A stretch of 64,000 nt of DNA from Candidatus Cloacimonadales bacterium. GTDB lineage: Bacteria > Cloacimonadota > Cloacimonadia > Cloacimonadales > DAONDQ01. Below are positions 59,784 through 64,000 of the stretch, one piece after another. The stretch covers positions 2,240,001 through 2,304,000 of the forward strand of contig OY759316.1 of NCBI GenBank assembly GCA_963662275.1. Reading direction: 5' to 3'. Every line of letters starts with the position of its first letter. The first letter of the stretch is position 1. The position numbers and the translations under genes are program-made. The notes beneath the pieces were generated by a model that saw only the letters and a program-made list of their open reading frames with translations, was not told the DNA's origin and did no database searches.

Positions 59784-60545
59784 TCACGTCACAAAATACT
59801 TCACCACATTGTATATTTCAAGTATCCAGAGCAGGATTCCAAAGAAAATACATAGATAATGCCCGAATCCGGGAGATTCATACTGATTCCCGAGTTTTGC
59901 ATTTACCTTGTTTATATACTTCTGAGGTGGTAAAAGAAAAAGCGTATTCAAGATAAAAGAAGCTGCAAACATACCAGGATCAGCACTACTCTTGATATTC
60001 AGAAACATAAATGGAATGCTCATTAAAACGCCGGCTAATAGCCATCCCCAAAATAGAACTCTCCCATCAAACTTCGCACGCTCGACTTTGTTTAGTTCTT
60101 CGTCCATCTGGATCTTATCCAGGATCATTAATTGGAATAAAAACCAACCGGCTTCCCGATCAAAAGAACGTACCTGTTTACGCTTGTATGCCCAATAAGA
60201 CCACTGTTTGTACCACCAATATAACTGGTACAGACCGAATGATAAGATTGTCATTCGTACTAAACGCTTGATAGGGATGTAAAAATAGATATTATGGGGT
60301 ATTTCAACAGTTCCTTTGTCTAGCGCATCAATACCAGGAAATTCAGTACAATTCATGGTTATTGCAGGAGTATTAAACTTATCCATGATCGGTTTAACAT
60401 CCCGGATCTTTTTCCACAATCCGTCTTCGGTATTCATGATATTGGTATCGAAATCCAATTCCAGTTTGATTAGCATATCCACAATTTTAGTTTCAGCAAC
60501 TGGTCCAATTGTACGTCCGTTGAGCAAATACAACCATTCTTTCAT
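59784..60545 (-). CDS. GYF_2 (DUF4339) domain membrane protein
   Basis: W.Y..NG...GPV N-terminus; SFGLYQLYWWYKQW membrane domain. Confidence 0.8.
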   Translation of the reverse strand: MKEWLYLLNGRTIGPVAETKIVDMLIKLELDFDTNIMNTEDGLWKKIRDVKPIMDKFNTPAITMNCTEFPGIDALDKGTVEIPHNIYFYIPIKRLVRMTILSFGLYQLYWWYKQWSYWAYKRKQVRSFDREAGWFLFQLMILDKIQMDEELNKVERAKFDGRVLFWGWLLAGVLMSIPFMFLNIKSSADPGMFAASFILNTLFLLPPQKYINKVNAKLGNQYESPGFGHYLCIFFGILLWILEIYNVVKYFVT

Positions 60546-60832
60546 ATTAACTCCTATTTCTATTTAGTTTAAAAATACAAATTAGTAGAAATGTCAAGAA
60601 GTGAATTATCTCTTGAATCCTCATTGCTGAAAAAAAAAGATAACTTCATCCTAATTACTGGTAAAATAACCCCGGATTCAGTTACTGAATATGAATTAAT
60701 AAGTTAGATGCAACTATTTACAGCTAGATAACTTACACTATTTTCATATGGATCGATTTTTCAAATTATAATTTGACTTTCTTGCTGGCAATTTATATAT
60801 TATATACAAATTTAAGGAAGGAGATAAAAAAT

Positions 60833-61738
60833 ATGAAAACAAGTTGGTTAATTTTTCTATTAGCCCTGATTTGCTATGCAAATCTAAACTGGGCTGATGA
60901 CGTGGATGTCAATCTTAATACAAATGATGGAACTACAGGATTTTCGGTAAAAAACAATACAACCCCCACACCAGCTACTGTATTACGTGCTAAGAGCGAC
61001 GGTAAAGTTGGTGTTGGTACAACAGACCCAAATCATAAACTCGATGTAAATGGTAATGTCGGTATTTCCAACAATGGATATGTAAATGTTGGAGCAACAG
61101 ACGGATCGACAGGCTATGGATTCCGTGATAACAGCGGCTCGATGGAATATAAGAATACGGGTGGTAGCTGGACACCGTTCAATAATGGCGTAAGCAGTCC
61201 CTACGGTTTTTCTTCATCTACCTATAGTTTTGCTCAGATTGCCTATAACCATGGCAATTATGGCACTACACAGCCTTCCGTTGAAATTGGGGCTGATACA
61301 GCCTATGAGACAATGTTACCAGTTACGCTAGGTACGGGTGGAGGAACACCCTGGGAACTGATTGAAAGTGGAGATGTCACAGTTGCTTACGTGAATGCAA
61401 AGCCCGCCTATCTAAAAATCAATGCAACCGGTCTGTATCATATCAGTGGATCTGTCTCCATTAAAGGCACAGCGAATACATCAATTGAGGTTGAAGTTTT
61501 TAGACAAAACTCAGGTTCTATTCCGTTAACAACCAGTTGGATAACCGGAACACACGATTTGGAAGCTTTATCAACGGCTCTTTCCGTAACCAATGGTCAG
61601 TATGATGCCGGTAGTGTGAATGGTTTTTATCAACTGAATGCAAATGATTATTTAGCTCTTTGTTCAAGAGTGGTTAACGGCAGTACAAATACACAAAAAG
61701 TAATATGCATCAATTTTAACGTTGAACGGGTCAAGTAG
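60833..61738 (+). CDS. Secreted protein with GKVGVGT fibre-like segment and C-terminal C1q/TNF-like beta-sandwich
   Basis: Signal peptide; GKVGVGTTDPNHKLDVNG; IN.TGLYHISGSV...LNANDYL. Confidence 0.7.
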   Translation: MKTSWLIFLLALICYANLNWADDVDVNLNTNDGTTGFSVKNNTTPTPATVLRAKSDGKVGVGTTDPNHKLDVNGNVGISNNGYVNVGATDGSTGYGFRDNSGSMEYKNTGGSWTPFNNGVSSPYGFSSSTYSFAQIAYNHGNYGTTQPSVEIGADTAYETMLPVTLGTGGGTPWELIESGDVTVAYVNAKPAYLKINATGLYHISGSVSIKGTANTSIEVEVFRQNSGSIPLTTSWITGTHDLEALSTALSVTNGQYDAGSVNGFYQLNANDYLALCSRVVNGSTNTQKVICINFNVERVK

Positions 61739-61747
61739 CTTCAGGAT

Positions 61748-62974
61748 ATGCAGGAGTATATCATGAAAACTGTTGTAACTTTTCTCTTTGCAGTTTTCCT
61801 CATAACTATGGGGTATGCTGCACCTTCCATTGTCATCAATGCCGGTAGCATCATTTGTGTGAACGAAGCCTCCTTCACAATAAATAATGGTGATTTGGTC
61901 ATTAACAACCCGGATGGCTTCCTGTCTGATAACACTTCCACTGTAAATTCCGGAACTCCTACAGTATTTGAAGGTCCTGAAGGTACAAGCGATGCATTGA
62001 CTATTACTTCTTCTGCTCTTATGGGTACTGTTCAAATCATCAATTACAGCGGACAAAGACATCCCAATGCAACTACCAGCAAAATCAGCCGCTGGTGGAA
62101 TATGAGTATCCCTACGACCTCTACTTCGACAATTGTCTTCGGAGTCAGGGTCAGTAATGATTGTCTAGGTTATGATTTAACAAAGCTATCTCCTTATGAA
62201 TTGAGTGGCAGTAATTGGATTAAGATGTCGAATGCTGTACCTTCGGTTACCACGAATGGACAATTCAGTGACATTTCCTTTTCAGGTGTGGCATTCACAG
62301 CAAAGAAAGGTACCCATATTGTAACCCTGGGACTTAGTAGTGACCAGGAGTTGCCTGTGGAACTTTCATCATTTACGGCTGTTTCGGCTACATCTCAATT
62401 GTTGGTGACTTTGCAGTGGACAACTGAATCTGAGACTAATAACCTGGGATTCAATATCCTTCGTTCGAATGATGACGATATATCACATAGTATGTATGTG
62501 AATTCTGGTATCATCCAGGGAACGAATACTTCTACTCAGCAAACATATCAATTTGCTGATCATAATGTTGAAGGACTTAGAACTTATTTCTATTGGCTGG
62601 AAAACGTAGATTTCAACGGATTCAACGGATTTGCAGGTCCTGTTATGGTTCAAATACTTGAACAGGATGATCCAAATACACCTCCAATTATACCCTTGGT
62701 TACAAAACTCTGTAATGCTTATCCGAATCCTTTCAATCCTCAGACGATCATTGCCTATGATTTGAAGGCAGCCAGTGATGTTATTATTCAAATTTATAAC
62801 GTAAATGGTCAGCATATCAAAACACTTGTCGATACAAATCATGATGCTGGTCATTATACCATAGTTTGGAATGGTACGAATGATAAAGGAAACCCTTGCG
62901 GCAGCGGTATCTATTTCTATCGGATGAATGCAGGTAAGTATAACAAGACACAGAAAGTTGTTTTAATGAAATAG
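61748..62974 (+). CDS. Secreted protein with LPVELSSF segment and FlgD-Ig / T9SS-type-A-like C-terminal domain
   Basis: LPVELSSFTA...LQWTTESETNNLGFNI; NAYPNPFNPQT...SGIYFYRM. Confidence 0.88.
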   Translation: MQEYIMKTVVTFLFAVFLITMGYAAPSIVINAGSIICVNEASFTINNGDLVINNPDGFLSDNTSTVNSGTPTVFEGPEGTSDALTITSSALMGTVQIINYSGQRHPNATTSKISRWWNMSIPTTSTSTIVFGVRVSNDCLGYDLTKLSPYELSGSNWIKMSNAVPSVTTNGQFSDISFSGVAFTAKKGTHIVTLGLSSDQELPVELSSFTAVSATSQLLVTLQWTTESETNNLGFNILRSNDDDISHSMYVNSGIIQGTNTSTQQTYQFADHNVEGLRTYFYWLENVDFNGFNGFAGPVMVQILEQDDPNTPPIIPLVTKLCNAYPNPFNPQTIIAYDLKAASDVIIQIYNVNGQHIKTLVDTNHDAGHYTIVWNGTNDKGNPCGSGIYFYRMNAGKYNKTQKVVLMK

Positions 62975-63045
62975 CACAGTAATTGACAGTGAGTTGTCCA
63001 TCTCCTATATCATATATGGGATCAAATCCCCATATGGTTTGCCTT

Positions 63046-63553
63046 GTGGAGTAGGATTCCGATCCTACTGAATAGTAGCTCCGCATTTACGCGGTTGTAG
63101 AGCACGATGCCGATCCTGCTGATTAGTAGCTCCGCATTTACGCGGTTGTAGAGTAGGACGCTGTTCTTACTGTCTTTCTTTGGTAGTGGCATCCTTCAGG
63201 TTGCCTTCTTTGTAGAGCAGGATGCCGATCCTGCTTCGGCTTGGAGATAGAAACGCACGGGGTTCGTTTTGCCACCTGACGGGGTCAGGCGTTCCTGTAG
63301 ATCACAGGACGGCAGACAATGACCTAAAGAGCATTATCCTCAAGCTGAAGCAGTGACCATAATCTGAGAGTGTTCGAGGTCGGGACGACACTCTCACAAA
63401 ACAGATAAGACTATCTGTGCTACCGGACTCCGAACCAGAATGTGTCCGCTGACGCGAACCCCTACTTTTCCCAGGAAGGACTTCCTGGGCTAACGGAGTA
63501 ACGTCCTTTGGACTGTAATGCACCCCCCTACCCGAGGGGGGATTAAGGGTGGT
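63046..63553. repeat. Dense cluster of several distinct GTAG-type REP hairpins
   Basis: GTAGAGCAGGATGCCGATCCTGCT-type x4, GTAGCTCCGCATTTACGCGG x2, GTAGTGGCATCCTTCAGGTTGCC, and minus-strand GTAGCACAGATAGTCTTATCTGT and GTAGGGGTTCGCGTCAGCGGACAC. Confidence 0.8.
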
Positions 63554-63795
63554 TGTCTGCAACTTCACTCGGAACGCTGTTTTCAAACGGCTATGCTCTT
63601 CAATTCTGTATTATTATCTCCATTTCTTTATGCCCATCCATTTCAATACAGTCTTTATGCAGATGAATGATGGAAGTTAAATAACACACTAATGAAGTTC
63701 GAAGTTCGAAGTAAGAGTACGAGATTGGAAGAAGCGAGATAGAATTTAACACTTTTTTTTATGTAATTACTTTTGCATCATTAAGGGAGGGTTTT

Positions 63796-63969
63796 ATGTT
63801 AGATTTAATTGACCGTACAAAGAAAGTAGCAATTGATATTGTCAAATTTTGTTGCTCATTACCTCAAAATCAAGAATATCAAATCATTAGTAAACAGCTT
63901 ATTCGTTGTGCTATTTCGGACTTCGTACTTCGCACTTCGCACTTTCTTTTTGAGCTGGGTTTCATCTAG
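63796..63969 (+). pseudogene. Truncated four-helix-bundle protein (23S rRNA IVS / TIGR02436-like), 57 aa, not in the ORF track
   Basis: GGGAGG RBS; MLDLIDRTKKVAIDIVKFCCSLPQNQEYQIISKQLIRCAIS, then runs into heptamer repeats. Confidence 0.75.
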
Positions 63970-64000
63970 GCTTCATCTAGGCATTATCTAGGGATCATCT
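63961..64000. repeat. 11-bp tandem repeat TTCATCTAGGC, running off the window
   Basis: ttcatctaggc ttcatctaggc attatctaggg atcatct. Confidence 0.75.

Noticed and set aside
63046..63170. 51-nt periodic repeats as a mini-CRISPR
   Set aside because: The intervening segments are identical to each other and are themselves GTAG hairpins, not unique spacers.
63302..63586. 94-aa minus-strand ORF
   Set aside because: It runs through stacked palindromic repeats and has no RBS or recognisable domain; probably spurious.
63796..63969. Four-helix-bundle ORF as the Avd of a DGR serving the FGE gene
   Set aside because: It is truncated, lies 34 kb away, has no adjacent RT within the window, and looks like the stand-alone heptamer-flanked family.

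Overview
AT-rich bacterial chromosomal window. It is most consistent with Candidatus Cloacimonadota (inference from diderm TonB-ExbBD genes, GGAGG Shine-Dalgarno sites, and secreted proteins with FlgD-Ig/T9SS-like or FN3-like C-termini). Housekeeping blocks: dinB-ATL, tilS-hpt-ftsH-hslVU-MFS, phoH-alr, miaB, DAHP synthase, rimP-nusA-ylxR-L7Ae-infB-rbfA-nrnA-truB-ribF, and exbB-exbD-tonB-folP-dacA-coaE. These alternate with accessory islands. The most notable island (about 25-33 kb) carries an ECF-like sigma factor, a small secreted protein whose RBS lies inside a perfect 21-bp hairpin, a structured intergenic element, a radical SAM/SPASM enzyme and a Cys-containing small ORF. Next come an array of 14 hairpins with covarying stems and a conserved TGGTA loop, an FGE/C-type-lectin protein with a DGR-variable-repeat-like 3' end (no RT or template repeat in the window), and a RAYT transposase with GTAG REPs. 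Other mobile or repeat features: a complete IS256/Mutator-like element with an 8-bp TSD and a frameshift in an A7 tract, a DUF559 pseudogene inside 41-bp inverted repeats, a mixed cluster of GTAG REP families, and a truncated four-helix-bundle gene bracketed by inverted heptamer arrays. Unusual proteins include a TPR pseudokinase and an alanine racemase with a C-terminal extension of about 260 aa. No rRNA, tRNA or CRISPR array was recognised. All functional calls are from motif recognition by eye, not database searches.
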